In this document: positions 53,252-63,518 of the stretch, piece by piece
How positions within the stretch are numbered: position 1 is the stretch's first letter
How the letters are laid out: the number at the start of each line of letters is the position of its first letter
Source of the DNA: Candidatus Latescibacterota bacterium
Lineage (GTDB): Bacteria > Latescibacterota > UBA2968 > GCA-2709665
Assembly (NCBI GenBank): GCA_965219455.1
Contig: OZ244744.1
Location: 320,001 to 384,000 of the forward strand
Direction: 5' to 3'
Length of the DNA: 64,000 bases
Position numbers and translations under genes: made by a program
The notes under the pieces: model-generated
Seen by the model: the letters and a program-made list of their open reading frames with translations, nothing else
The model's database searches: none
Told to the model about the DNA's origin: nothing

Positions 53252-53563
53252 GGTCCACTTTCGATACCCAGGGTTGGTGACGACACCTCCCCGGATTGTC
53301 CCTGCTTACCGGATGTGAAAGCCGTTGTATCGTTATAACGAGGGTCTGACGTCCCGTGCGATTTCTCCGCGACCCGGGCATCGCGCGACGATTTCGGCGC
53401 CGGCATGTCTATCCCCGGGCGGCGCTGTTCGCGGCCCATAAAGATAGGATTCTATGGTCCGAATGGAAACGTTTTTTCGTACGAGTCCATCGGTCTGACC
53501 AGGCGCGCGTCATCGCAGCTATTGGCTTTTTACATTGATACAGGCGATTGGAAAGCACTGTTC

Positions 53564-55534
53564 ATGGATCAGCACGAAGAGAAAAAAAACAGCGGGCATC
53601 CGTTTGTACGCATTCTTGTTGCACTCACGCTAGCGGCACTTTTCGCGGCAGTGTTGCCAAAGAACCGGGGCAGCGTTGTCCACCAGCAGATTCTAACGGA
53701 ATTGCCCAGGCTGGCGAAAATGCTGGGCGACGGCGTCTGGATCCTTGCCGAAACCTCGGATTCGCGTTGCGAACCTGGTTTTAAACAAGCGAGGCAGCGG
53801 CGAAAGACACCCGCATCCGGCGCTCCTTCAATCACCTTTGCCTGCACGGAAGCATCGGGCGAACTTATCCTGGCCGGCTCGACATCCGGCGCACAACAAC
53901 AGACCCGCCTTGAACCGATTGACGGCTGGAGCGTTTTTCCCCCGATTGCGGCCATACTCGTTGCCGTGCTCAGTGGTCGCCTGCTCCTGGGTCTGGGCCT
54001 GGCCGTACTATCCGGGGGCTTGCTCACCGTTGGCGGAGCCCCACTCTACGTACTCCCGTTCGCCGCCCTCGAACGAGCAGCGGTGAACTACGTCTGGACC
54101 CCCCTGATATCGTCCTTTCAGCTCTATATTCTCGGCTTTACGGCGGCCCTGATCGGCATGGTACGGGTAACCTCGCTTGCCGGTGGAAACCAGGGCATTG
54201 CAACGCTTCTTGCCTCCCGCGCCGAAAGCGCCAGATCCACGCGGGTGGCCGCATTTCTAATGGGACTGGCGATTTTCTTCGATGACTACGCCAACACGAT
54301 CGTGGTCGGTACCACGTTACGGCCCATGGCCGATCGGTTCCGCATTTCCCGCGAGAAACTCGCGTACATCGTCGATTCCACCGCCGCTCCGGTTGCGGGC
54401 GTCGCGGTCATCAGTACCTGGATCGGATTCGAAGTCGGACTCTTTGGAGACCTCATGCGGGATCTTGGTACCGGCGTATCCGGCTACCAGCTCTTCTTCT
54501 ACGCGCTTCCCGCTCGATTCTACTGCCTCTTTACGCTTGTGTTCGTCGCCGCGTCGGCGTGGCTCCAACGGGATTATGGACCCATGTACCGCGCGGAGCG
54601 CCGTGCCGGGACAACGGGACGGGTGCTCCGGCCAGGCGCCACTCCGCTGGCAGGGCGCCGGATCAGGGAGGTCTTGCCGGCCAGCGGCGTTCAACCCGCC
54701 TGGTGGGTGGCAGCCGTACCGGTTCTGATCGTCGTCGTTGCCGTCATCGCCGGCATGGCCGCGGATACCTGGAACGATCCCGAAGTCCGGCCGATCCGTC
54801 TGGGAAGCTCACTGTTCAGTTTCTCGTATTGGACGGCGTGTTTCTCCAATGCCGACAACGCGCGGGTGCTATTCCTTTCCGCCATGCTGGGCTCCACAAT
54901 CGCATTGCTAATTGCCGTCACCCGGCGCCATCCCACCAGCGGATCCGTGCTGATCCAACCCTTTGTGGCGATAAAGACCTGGGCGCAGGGAATCACGGGG
55001 ATCTACTATGCCATTGCCATCCTCATCATGGCCTGGGCCATTCAGGCTGTCTGCAAGGACATCGGCACATCCACCTATCTCGCGGCGGCGTTATCGCCCC
55101 TCGTGGTTCCCGGCCTGCTGCCTCTGCTCATCTTCCTCCTGGCGGCTTCGGTCGCCTTCGCCATCGGTACGTCGTGGACAACCATGGCGATCCTTATCCC
55201 CACTGCTGTTCCCCTTGCGCACAGCCTGGGCGGTCTCCCGCTCACCATCCTAGCGGCCGCCGCCGTACTCGACGGCGCGATTTTCGGGGATCACTGTTCG
55301 CCGATAAGCGACACGACCGTTATGTCCAGCATCGCCACGTCCTGTGACCACCTGGACCACGTCAGAACGCAGTTCCCCTACGCCCTGACCACAATGAGCG
55401 TCGCCGCGCTCGCAGGGTACGTCGGCACGACCCTTTACTATCCCGCGTGGTGCGGGCTACTCATCGGCGTATCGGTGATCCCGGTGATACTGCTCGTATT
55501 TGGCAAGAACCCCGACGAGCGTGCCGGCGGGTAA
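53564..55534 (+). CDS. Na+/H+ antiporter NhaC-family transporter
   Basis: IFFDDYANT, ISREKLAYIVDSTAAP, GTSWTTMAIL, FGDHCSPISDTT, DHVRTQFPYA; start uncertain (53405 possible). Confidence 0.88.
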   Translation: MDQHEEKKNSGHPFVRILVALTLAALFAAVLPKNRGSVVHQQILTELPRLAKMLGDGVWILAETSDSRCEPGFKQARQRRKTPASGAPSITFACTEASGELILAGSTSGAQQQTRLEPIDGWSVFPPIAAILVAVLSGRLLLGLGLAVLSGGLLTVGGAPLYVLPFAALERAAVNYVWTPLISSFQLYILGFTAALIGMVRVTSLAGGNQGIATLLASRAESARSTRVAAFLMGLAIFFDDYANTIVVGTTLRPMADRFRISREKLAYIVDSTAAPVAGVAVISTWIGFEVGLFGDLMRDLGTGVSGYQLFFYALPARFYCLFTLVFVAASAWLQRDYGPMYRAERRAGTTGRVLRPGATPLAGRRIREVLPASGVQPAWWVAAVPVLIVVVAVIAGMAADTWNDPEVRPIRLGSSLFSFSYWTACFSNADNARVLFLSAMLGSTIALLIAVTRRHPTSGSVLIQPFVAIKTWAQGITGIYYAIAILIMAWAIQAVCKDIGTSTYLAAALSPLVVPGLLPLLIFLLAASVAFAIGTSWTTMAILIPTAVPLAHSLGGLPLTILAAAAVLDGAIFGDHCSPISDTTVMSSIATSCDHLDHVRTQFPYALTTMSVAALAGYVGTTLYYPAWCGLLIGVSVIPVILLVFGKNPDERAGG

Positions 55535-57298
55535 TTATTCCAGTTCTTCAACGCGGTGGTACACATTCAACGCCACGTCTTCCATTGTCCGGCTCCGTCC
55601 CGACGGCCAGGTCACAACCACCTTTTCCAGCATTGGACGGACGCCGAGCCCGAAATGCAACCGTCTCTGATTCTGCGAAGAGAAGCCACTGCCTCCCGAC
55701 ACCTCCTGCATCTGCTCCTGTCCGTTCCAGAACAGCCTCACCTGCGCTCCGATCGCGCTGCGATTGCTCTTCCCGCCCACCAGTTCGAAACCGACCCACT
55801 GTCGATCCGGAGCCACCGTGTTCCTGTATACCAGAAGCGGACCCCGCTGGTTGGCCACCACCACATCCAGCACCCCACGGTTCCACAGATCCACAAGTGC
55901 AACCGCCCGCCCGTCGAACCGGTCGTGTACGCCAACCGCACGAGCCGCGTCTTCAAACCGGCCCATCCCGTCGTTCACCCACACACGGGCTCTCTGATAA
56001 CCGCCGAGGCTGCGTCCCTTCATCGCCGGCCAGTTTTTCGCGTCCGAAATAATCGCCCTGTGCCCGCCGGCAACCTGTGAGAAATCGTACCAGTAGCTCT
56101 CCGACTCCGAGGCCGACACATATCCGTTTGTCAGGTACAGATCCAGCCGTCCGTCGTTGTTGAGATCTCCGAATTGCGCGCCGAAGCTCCAATCGCCCAG
56201 TTCCACGCCCATCACCTGCGCGAGGTTCTCGAACGCCAGGTCTTCGTCCTGCCGGGCGACCCAGAGATTGTTCCCCTGAAGCAGTATCCCCGCCTCCGAA
56301 ATATTGGTCTCGTAAATCGCCAGTCGACCCTGATTCATCACGTCGCCGAAAACCGCGTTCATTCCGCTCTTTGGCTGGTTTCCAACGCCCGCCCGGCGCC
56401 CGATTTCTTCAAATGCCGTGCCGCCATGGTTCCGGTAAAGTTCCGATACGCCATAGTCGTTGGCCAGAAACAGATCCGGATAACCGGATCTGTTCAGATC
56501 CGCTGCCGCGACGGCAAGGGTCCAGCGCCGGCTTCGAATGCCGAGCCGTTCCGCAACGTCCTCGAACCGCCCTTCGCCCTTGTTACGCAACAGGTACTTC
56601 CGACCGCCATTCTCGGCATATTCGAAACTCTCCGGCATCATTCGAGTGGATTCCAGGCGCCACAGATCCAGCGCATCCGGCCAGTAACCGGCCACGAACA
56701 GATCCAGACGCCCGTCGCAATCGTAATCCAGCCAGACCGCGCTTCCGGCGTTGATCCAGCCGGGCAGACCCGCGTCCTCGCTCACCCGGGTGAACCCCTG
56801 TCCTGCCTCGTTGTGCAACAACTCCGGCCGACCCCATTTGTACACGAAAAGATCTTCGAAGCCGTCGTTGTCGTAGTCCCCCCAGACCGCGCCCACCGAA
56901 ATCCCCGTTCCGGCGGAATTCAGATTCGCCACGCCCACCCTCTCGGCCACGTCTTCGAACTGCCCGTTTCCGAGATTGCGGTATAGCCGATTCGCTGCGC
57001 CCTCCGCGCTGTTGGTCACGTAGATATCCTGCCAGCCGTCCCTGTCGTAATCCACCACCGACACCGCCGCGCCCATCGCGGCGACGTGTGGCATTATATG
57101 GCTCAACTTCGCATCGAACGTGGGTGCGCGGTGCACGAAATCGATGCCGCTCTTACGGGCGACTTCCTCGAGCGCAAACCCGTAGTGCGCCACTTCTTTT
57201 TCCGGCGTCGTCCACAAACCGTATTTGAGGACGACGGGAACCGCCAGAAGCAACACAAAGGTAGCGAGCAGTATGACATGGACAGTTCGACGTGACAT
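55535..57298 (-). CDS. CRTAC1-family FG-GAP repeat / ASPIC-UnbV protein
   Basis: N-terminal TM/signal, repeated DYDxDGxxD motifs, SNRSAIGAQV, GSGFSSQN..RLHFGLG; ATG 57298. Confidence 0.88.
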   Translation of the reverse strand: MSRRTVHVILLATFVLLLAVPVVLKYGLWTTPEKEVAHYGFALEEVARKSGIDFVHRAPTFDAKLSHIMPHVAAMGAAVSVVDYDRDGWQDIYVTNSAEGAANRLYRNLGNGQFEDVAERVGVANLNSAGTGISVGAVWGDYDNDGFEDLFVYKWGRPELLHNEAGQGFTRVSEDAGLPGWINAGSAVWLDYDCDGRLDLFVAGYWPDALDLWRLESTRMMPESFEYAENGGRKYLLRNKGEGRFEDVAERLGIRSRRWTLAVAAADLNRSGYPDLFLANDYGVSELYRNHGGTAFEEIGRRAGVGNQPKSGMNAVFGDVMNQGRLAIYETNISEAGILLQGNNLWVARQDEDLAFENLAQVMGVELGDWSFGAQFGDLNNDGRLDLYLTNGYVSASESESYWYDFSQVAGGHRAIISDAKNWPAMKGRSLGGYQRARVWVNDGMGRFEDAARAVGVHDRFDGRAVALVDLWNRGVLDVVVANQRGPLLVYRNTVAPDRQWVGFELVGGKSNRSAIGAQVRLFWNGQEQMQEVSGGSGFSSQNQRRLHFGLGVRPMLEKVVVTWPSGRSRTMEDVALNVYHRVEELE

Positions 57299-57312
57299 GG
57301 AACACTCGATGC

Positions 57313-60300
57313 TTATCTGCCGGTATGCATCCCGGAAATCTCCGGTGTGACGTACCGGGTGTGGAATACCTGCCAATCTGCAGGGTTACGGCGGTAGACC
57401 GGGTCGTCCTCGAGCCGACCCGGCGGCGTTTCATACGACGACCAGGCGTGCGACGGCAACGGCAGCACCGTTTTCGAAAACGCCGTATTGTAGTCCCCAT
57501 CTTTCACCCAACCGTCGCCCATCAGCACAAAATCCCTTACCCACCCTTCCCGCGGCGGGCCCGGAACGGGAAACCGCAACACAAGCTCATCCCCGGCGTT
57601 CATGATCACATACCGATCGTCCACGTCCGCAAGCAACGGACGCACGTCTCCGAAACGGGTGTGATATCCCCTCAGGTCCCACCACCGGGGCGTGATATTC
57701 ACCGGGGCGGAATACAGAGGGACGTCGGGAGAACGCCGACCCGGTTGCGGGACCTCTGAGAACCCGCGGCCCCTTAACGCCGCGGTCTGAGGTCTTACGC
57801 GGCGGGCGCGCAGTTGCTCGCCGTCTGCGGGTTCCGCCCACGCCAGCCAATCCCAGTAAATCTCCAAATTTGTCCGAAGTCGCAACCGGCTGGATTTCAC
57901 ACCCGCCAGATCGATCGCAATCGTCTTGAATTTTCCAGCGGGAAATCCCAGATCCGTGGCCACGGTTTCCCACGACCCGTCGCTTCGCGGCGCGTCCAGA
58001 CGCAGCCCCCGGGGCCTCGCATGTGCGCCATGCCCCATCGCGACGTTGATCGAACTGTCCGTGGGATAGATCCATCCGTAACCGATCAACCACCCCCCAC
58101 CCCCGACCGCCGGGTGCGGCAGATTAACTTCAACCCAGTGGTCCGCCGCGACACCCTGGTATCGTCCCACGTCAAACGTGTCGAGATAGCGGGCGTCTCT
58201 GGCTTTTACCATCGCCGTCACATCCCGTCCCGCCTCGTCCCGAGCCGCACGAACCGCCACAGGTGTTCCCGTCGGAATCACCTTCAGTTCAGGCTGTCGC
58301 TTCGCAAACCGTTCGTCCACAAACACCGCCACCTCCGCCGGATGGTCCACAACCATCAACTCAACCCAATCCAAAAATTGGGTCTCCCACAATTCGGACG
58401 TGATGCGTATATCATAGAATCCGTCGCGCGATGCCAGTTCATCCCCCCGGATCAGGATCCAATCCTCCGTCTGAGACACCCCCGCCGTCACCTGCGCGTT
58501 GATCCGCATCCCCAGCGGCGATCGCCAAAGAAAGTCCTTAACAAAGGCCATTTCTTCGCCATTGAACGCGAATACCCAGGGACAGGACCCTTTCAGGCGC
58601 TGCTGCGCCACAATGGTCTGATCCGCCTCCACGTCGAACTCCGCCTGGATTGTCCCATTCGGCCACTGTACCCGCACCACGTCCGCCAGGCCGTATTCGC
58701 CCAGACCGAAATGAACCACGGGTGTCCGAATCGCCCGACGCTGGGCCAGAAGTCCGGACCGCAACAACACCTCCCCGCCCAGCGCGTATGAATTGATCCT
58801 CCCGTCCCCGCGAACCGCCCGCACCCGGGGCCGCACGACCTGCCAGTGGTAGGTACGTTTTCCCCGGTTCACCAGCAACTGTGGTCGACCCTCTTTCGAA
58901 AGTCCCAGCAGATCCAGGCGTCCGTCTCCGGTCATGTCCGAGACCTCGAAGATTCGAACCCGGTTCGGCAGGGCGTTGTGACGCCATGTACCCTCGCCAT
59001 CGGCCAGCCAAACCCCTCCTTCGACCTCGCCGCTGACGACCAGATCCAACTGCCCGTTATTGTCCATATCGGCCAGAAACAGACGCACCGGCGTCTCGGA
59101 AGTCTTCGTCCTGATGAGTTCCTTGAATTCCCAGCGACCATCGTCGTGCGAAATCAACGCAACCTGTCCGTGTTTCCCCAGGGTCAACAGGTTCAGACTC
59201 CCATCGCCATCCACGTCTCCGGAAACAAGCGCGTGAACCTCGTCCTGACCCTGGTACGAAAGCCGGAACAACCCGCTGCGCTCGTTGACATACACGACCA
59301 GCCGACCCCGGCTGTCCACCAACGCCGCATCCGGAACCCCGTCGCCATCGATATCCGTCCACTCGAACGCACGCATGCCGGACACGCCCTTGAAAGCCTG
59401 CGCGACTCCGAATGTGCCGTCCCCGTTGTTTCGCAAAACCGGGCAGGCATTCCGCCCCCCGAGTACCAGATCCAGATCCCCATCCATATCAACGTCCGCG
59501 GCCCACACGCCGGCATACGCTGTATCGGTCACGCTCCCGTCCAGCCCGGTCAGATCCGTGACATCCACGAAAATCCCGTCCTCGCGCTGCCGAAACAGGC
59601 GAATGCCGCCCTCCCCAGCCACCACCAGATCCAATCTGAAGTCGTTGTCCCAGTCGACCGAGAGCAGACCGTTCGCGCCCACCGGCCGGGATGCGGGCGA
59701 TGGCACGGACCGGCCCGACGAATCCAGCCACCGCACGATACCACCCGTTGCGGCCAGCACGACAGGGGTATCCGCCCAGGCGAGGCCGAGCATCGTCCCG
59801 CCCGACGCGCAGTCCAGCGTGTCCGAAACGAAAGAGAGCGCCGTATCCGCGGGCGCAGGATCGGCGGACGGACTCCGTATTTTCAGGAACCGCCTCAATG
59901 GCTCGCCTGCCGCCTGAGCAGGAAGGCGCACCTGATTCAGGTCCCTCCGGAAGACAGGCGCCCGCAGCAGCGCGTTGTGCAAAAACGCCGCGCGCGTGGC
60001 CGCGAGGCGAAAATCCGTTCCGGCATCCATCAGCGCCTGTAACTGGACGCTCGCCGTTTCCGGCCACCCTCCGGTCCGCCCCGCGATCCGCGCAACCGAA
60101 ACCCTCAGCCCATCCGCATCGTGCGCCTTTGCCGCCAGCCTGATCCGTTCCAGCAAGAGCGCCAGATTCCGCGGGGATTCTCCCAGCATCCGCTCCACTA
60201 CCGCAAGCGCATCCCTCGTGTCTCCCTGCCGTTCCAGCTCGCGCGCCAGCGCGTAACCTGCCTTGAGATGCCCGGGGCCGGCCCGCCTCACCGCCCTCCG

Positions 60301-60669
60301 AAGGTGGAAAACCGCCTCGGCGGCACGGCCGCGCCGGCTCTCGAATGCACCCATCAGGAGGGCGAGCTCCGCACTCTCCGGCGCCAAAACCTGCGCTCGT
60401 TCAAGCGACCGTATCGCCGGTTCCTCCTGACCCATAGTGAACTGAAGCAAAGCCAGGTTGGCCCACCCTGCAGGCTCGGCGGGAACGGTTTCCGTCACCC
60501 GTCTCAGCGCGGCGGCGGCCCGGTCGTGCGCGCCCACTTCCAGGGCCGCAAGTCCAGCATAAAAATCCGCAACTGCCTGCCGATACGCGGTGCTTCCGGG
60601 TTCCGGCATCCGCTCTCCACATCCTGCGGACAATCCGACAAGCACAAGCGCAAACACCAGGTATCTCAT
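57313..60669 (-). CDS. Large lipoprotein: TPR + FG-GAP repeats + ASPIC/UnbV + C-terminal domain
   Basis: Lipobox LSAGC after ATG 60669, TPR helices, DxDxDGxxD repeats, VHFGLG, KGSCPW, GWVKDGDYNT. Confidence 0.85.
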   Translation of the reverse strand: MRYLVFALVLVGLSAGCGERMPEPGSTAYRQAVADFYAGLAALEVGAHDRAAAALRRVTETVPAEPAGWANLALLQFTMGQEEPAIRSLERAQVLAPESAELALLMGAFESRRGRAAEAVFHLRRAVRRAGPGHLKAGYALARELERQGDTRDALAVVERMLGESPRNLALLLERIRLAAKAHDADGLRVSVARIAGRTGGWPETASVQLQALMDAGTDFRLAATRAAFLHNALLRAPVFRRDLNQVRLPAQAAGEPLRRFLKIRSPSADPAPADTALSFVSDTLDCASGGTMLGLAWADTPVVLAATGGIVRWLDSSGRSVPSPASRPVGANGLLSVDWDNDFRLDLVVAGEGGIRLFRQREDGIFVDVTDLTGLDGSVTDTAYAGVWAADVDMDGDLDLVLGGRNACPVLRNNGDGTFGVAQAFKGVSGMRAFEWTDIDGDGVPDAALVDSRGRLVVYVNERSGLFRLSYQGQDEVHALVSGDVDGDGSLNLLTLGKHGQVALISHDDGRWEFKELIRTKTSETPVRLFLADMDNNGQLDLVVSGEVEGGVWLADGEGTWRHNALPNRVRIFEVSDMTGDGRLDLLGLSKEGRPQLLVNRGKRTYHWQVVRPRVRAVRGDGRINSYALGGEVLLRSGLLAQRRAIRTPVVHFGLGEYGLADVVRVQWPNGTIQAEFDVEADQTIVAQQRLKGSCPWVFAFNGEEMAFVKDFLWRSPLGMRINAQVTAGVSQTEDWILIRGDELASRDGFYDIRITSELWETQFLDWVELMVVDHPAEVAVFVDERFAKRQPELKVIPTGTPVAVRAARDEAGRDVTAMVKARDARYLDTFDVGRYQGVAADHWVEVNLPHPAVGGGGWLIGYGWIYPTDSSINVAMGHGAHARPRGLRLDAPRSDGSWETVATDLGFPAGKFKTIAIDLAGVKSSRLRLRTNLEIYWDWLAWAEPADGEQLRARRVRPQTAALRGRGFSEVPQPGRRSPDVPLYSAPVNITPRWWDLRGYHTRFGDVRPLLADVDDRYVIMNAGDELVLRFPVPGPPREGWVRDFVLMGDGWVKDGDYNTAFSKTVLPLPSHAWSSYETPPGRLEDDPVYRRNPADWQVFHTRYVTPEISGMHTGR

Positions 60670-60794
60670 TGCCCAATACCCCGGAACGGGATGAACCGTC
60701 CTGCCTGAAATCAGAAAGGCGGAACCGAAGGGAAACGGCGCCGCACCTGAACACGCCAATACAGACAACTGAGTCTTTTGGAATGCCGTCTCAC

Positions 60795-61253
60795 TTACGG
60801 ATCGGTGGTTTTGAGAAGACACCGGTCCAGAGACAGCGGCATATTGCGCACAAACAGCACCACCAGCGAACATCCGATCAGCAGCAGGTCCTGCCCGAGC
60901 GCCCCGTGAAGCGAACCCCTCGTGCCGTCCAATCCAAAGCAGCCGCAGTCGAGATTTGCTCCGCGGAAGATGTTCACCACGAGGGCGACGCTGAACGACG
61001 CGAGCAACGCGAGGGCGGCAAGCGCGGCGCCGCGCGACCAGAATCCCGCCAACAGACACGCCCCGGCGGCGATTTCCATCCAGGGAACCACAACCGCAAA
61101 TCCGTTTATGAACGCGAGGGGAAGCACGTTGTATGCCCGCACCGTCAGCGCAAACAACGCCGGCTCCGACACCTTTGCCAGCCCCGCCCAGATCAACACC
61201 CCGCCCACGGCGAGGCGCAGAACGACCGGGACTCCGTACCGGGCCCAACTCAT
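60795..61253 (-). CDS. MauE/DoxX-family membrane protein
   Basis: LRLAVGGVLIWAGLAKV.EP..F, PWMEI..G, RGANLDCGCFG; ATGA overlap with the upstream gene. Confidence 0.88.
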   Translation of the reverse strand: MSWARYGVPVVLRLAVGGVLIWAGLAKVSEPALFALTVRAYNVLPLAFINGFAVVVPWMEIAAGACLLAGFWSRGAALAALALLASFSVALVVNIFRGANLDCGCFGLDGTRGSLHGALGQDLLLIGCSLVVLFVRNMPLSLDRCLLKTTDP

Positions 61254-61750
61254 CGGTCTACCCCCGTTTCTACCGGATACCCCGCGCGCACCCATGCCCC
61301 CCAACCATCGAAGAACGCCCGCACGCGCGTAAACCCCAGGCCTTGCGTCAGTAAATGCGCCAGCTTAACGCTGGCCTGACATCTGGCGCCGCCACAGTAC
61401 GTGATGATATTGGCATCCCTGGAAACACCCTCGAGCTTTTTCCTGTCGCCCCGGTTGAGATCGTGAGGCGTCAGATTCAACGCCCCCGGAATATGCCCTG
61501 CGGCATAGACGCGTGGCGGACGCGCGTCAAAAAATATGGCGGATTTGGCGTTGAACGCCACTTTCGCGTCGGAAAGACTTGCCCGGATTCCCTCCAGGTA
61601 CAGGCTCCAGTTCACATGTTCCGATGGCGTCAGGTTCCTGGGTGTCCGTAGAGGAATGCCGGAGGCGGACAGGGCGTTGTAAGCGAGGCCCACGCCCGAT
61701 CCTGCCAGCAAGATAACGATCGCCTTCAATACCAGCCTGAATCCAATCAT
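61250..61750 (-). CDS. Membrane-anchored rhodanese-like protein
   Basis: N-terminal TM, DARPP..YAAGHIPGA, ITYCGGARC, GW.AW..AGYPVE; ATG 61750 with GGAGG. Confidence 0.88.
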   Translation of the reverse strand: MIGFRLVLKAIVILLAGSGVGLAYNALSASGIPLRTPRNLTPSEHVNWSLYLEGIRASLSDAKVAFNAKSAIFFDARPPRVYAAGHIPGALNLTPHDLNRGDRKKLEGVSRDANIITYCGGARCQASVKLAHLLTQGLGFTRVRAFFDGWGAWVRAGYPVETGVDR

Positions 61751-61785
61751 CTGAAAGGCCTCCCGTGGATGAACTGTACGGACTA

Positions 61786-61814
61786 TATATAACACACATC
61801 GGCAACCCTGTCAA
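61786..61814 (-). promoter_or_regulatory. Sigma70-type promoter for the rhodanese-MauE unit
   Basis: TTGACA-17-TATATA with TG extension. Confidence 0.65.
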
Positions 61815-61837
61815 GCCTCGACCGGTCGCCATCCGCT

Positions 61838-61866
61838 TTGACAATTCGTATCGCGCATGCTATAAT
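61838..61866 (+). promoter_or_regulatory. Consensus sigma70 promoter for the DegT gene
   Basis: Perfect TTGACA-17-TATAAT with extended -10 TG. Confidence 0.85.
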
Positions 61867-62002
61867 GCGGTACCTGTACCGGCAGCCGGCGCCCTCACGT
61901 TAAACTGACGCGGATGGCCTGTCTCCGGCGCGGGATGACGGGCGATGCGCATCACGAATCGTTGGCGGTTCACACGGATCAACTTCCAGGAGAAAACGGG
62001 AC

Positions 62003-63292
62003 ATGTCTAAAACGGATCTGGCGATCGATGGCGGCTCTCCAACGGTGACCGAGCCTCAGGATGATGGTTGGCAAACCATAACGGGCCTGGAGAAACAATC
62101 CGTCCTGAGCGTTCTGGAAGGTGGTATGGGTGATTCCTATTCCCAGATTGACCGTTTCCAGGAGGAATTCCGTGCTTTCACCGGCACGAAATTCGCCATC
62201 GCCACCTGCAATGGCACGGCAGCCCTGCACTCGGCCGTCTTCGCTTCCGGCGCCCGAATCGGCAAAGAGGTGATCGTGCCCTCCGTCACGTGGCACGCCA
62301 GCATCACGCCCATTCTGCACTGCGGCGCAACACCCGTCTTCTGCGACGCGGACCCCCGAACATTCTGCGCCGATCCCAAAGACGCGGAAAGTCGAATCAC
62401 GGAGAAGACGTGCGCCATCATTGTTACCCACGTATACGGCAACCCCGCAAATATGGACGCATTTCGGGATCTCGTCGACGGAACCGGCATCACGCTCATC
62501 GAAGATGCATCGCACGCCCACGGCGCCCTCTGGGACGGCACTCCCGTAGGCTCTCTCGGCCACGTCGGCTGCTTCAGCCTTCAGGGTAGCAAGCCGGTCA
62601 CGGGGATCGAAGCAGGTGTGGTCGTGACCGACGATGGGGACCTTTACGACCGCATGCTTGCCCTGGGCCACTACGGAAGATGTGAAAAGGCGTTTGTAAC
62701 CGACAGATTCAGGGACCTCCGCAACATGGGCCTGGGCGTCAAATACCGGGCGAATCCCCTGGGTGTCGCCATGGCGCGCGCTCAGCTTGAACGGTTACCC
62801 GGATTGAACGAGAAAAGACGCGCCTGGTTTGGCCGGCTAAGCAGCCAACTGGAATCCGTCAGAGGCGTACACCCTCAAGAGACGTACCCGCAGGCGGTCC
62901 GGGGAGGCCTCCTTCTGTATACCGGCCTAATCGATCCTCATAAAATCGGCGCGCCGGTTTCTGTCATACTCAGGGCACTCGTTGCGGAAGGCGTTGGGAC
63001 CACCCCGGCCATCACACCCTTCGGTTACGGGGCGATGCACCTGGAACCGCTTTTCAACGATTTTTCTTTCGACGACCTCGGCGGCCCATGGGGCGACCTG
63101 CCTCAGGGTGCCAGGATCCCGTATCAACCTGGCGATCTGCCGGTCAGCGAACACATCCACGACTCATGCTTCTGGCTGTCCACACCGGTGGACCCCAGCC
63201 CGGCGTGGGTGGATCAGGTTGCCGCGGCCTTCGCGAAAGTGACAAATCACGGCGAGCGTCTCGCGGAAATCGCGGCGGTTGGGGCTGCCTGA
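62003..63292 (+). CDS. DegT/DnrJ/EryC1/StrS PLP aminotransferase
   Basis: LAIDGG, NGTAALH, GATPVFCD, IEDASHAHGA, FSLQGSK; AGGAG RBS. Confidence 0.92.
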   Translation: MSKTDLAIDGGSPTVTEPQDDGWQTITGLEKQSVLSVLEGGMGDSYSQIDRFQEEFRAFTGTKFAIATCNGTAALHSAVFASGARIGKEVIVPSVTWHASITPILHCGATPVFCDADPRTFCADPKDAESRITEKTCAIIVTHVYGNPANMDAFRDLVDGTGITLIEDASHAHGALWDGTPVGSLGHVGCFSLQGSKPVTGIEAGVVVTDDGDLYDRMLALGHYGRCEKAFVTDRFRDLRNMGLGVKYRANPLGVAMARAQLERLPGLNEKRRAWFGRLSSQLESVRGVHPQETYPQAVRGGLLLYTGLIDPHKIGAPVSVILRALVAEGVGTTPAITPFGYGAMHLEPLFNDFSFDDLGGPWGDLPQGARIPYQPGDLPVSEHIHDSCFWLSTPVDPSPAWVDQVAAAFAKVTNHGERLAEIAAVGAA

Positions 63293-63518
63293 TCCAAACG
63301 CGTCCAGCCGGCAGTCCGCGGCGTCTACCGGTAACAGTGAGGTAGAAAAGAAGGCCTGCACTTCTGCCGGTACCGACGTGGCAAGCAAGTCCGAGTGTCC
63401 TTTCCCCGGAACCCATCCCCCAGCACCCTGCAATCGACCCCCCGCGCCAGGGGCGCCGTTTGACTCCGCGTAATTCTGCGATGGCGTTTTTTCAGATCCG
63501 ATTGGAGATCGACTATCC

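Noticed and set aside
55535-57298. Enediyne biosynthetic cluster inferred from the UnbV-like domain
   Set aside because: No PKS, thioesterase or other enediyne cassette genes nearby; ASPIC/UnbV domains are common outside such clusters.
60670-61248. 193-aa N-terminal extension of the 1311-aa ORF
   Set aside because: Overlaps the MauE gene in another frame; a clear signal peptide and lipobox begin at ATG 60669.
63293-63518. Possible ncRNA between the DegT gene and the last ORF
   Set aside because: Only short GC stems and no recognisable family motif or clear promoter/terminator pair.
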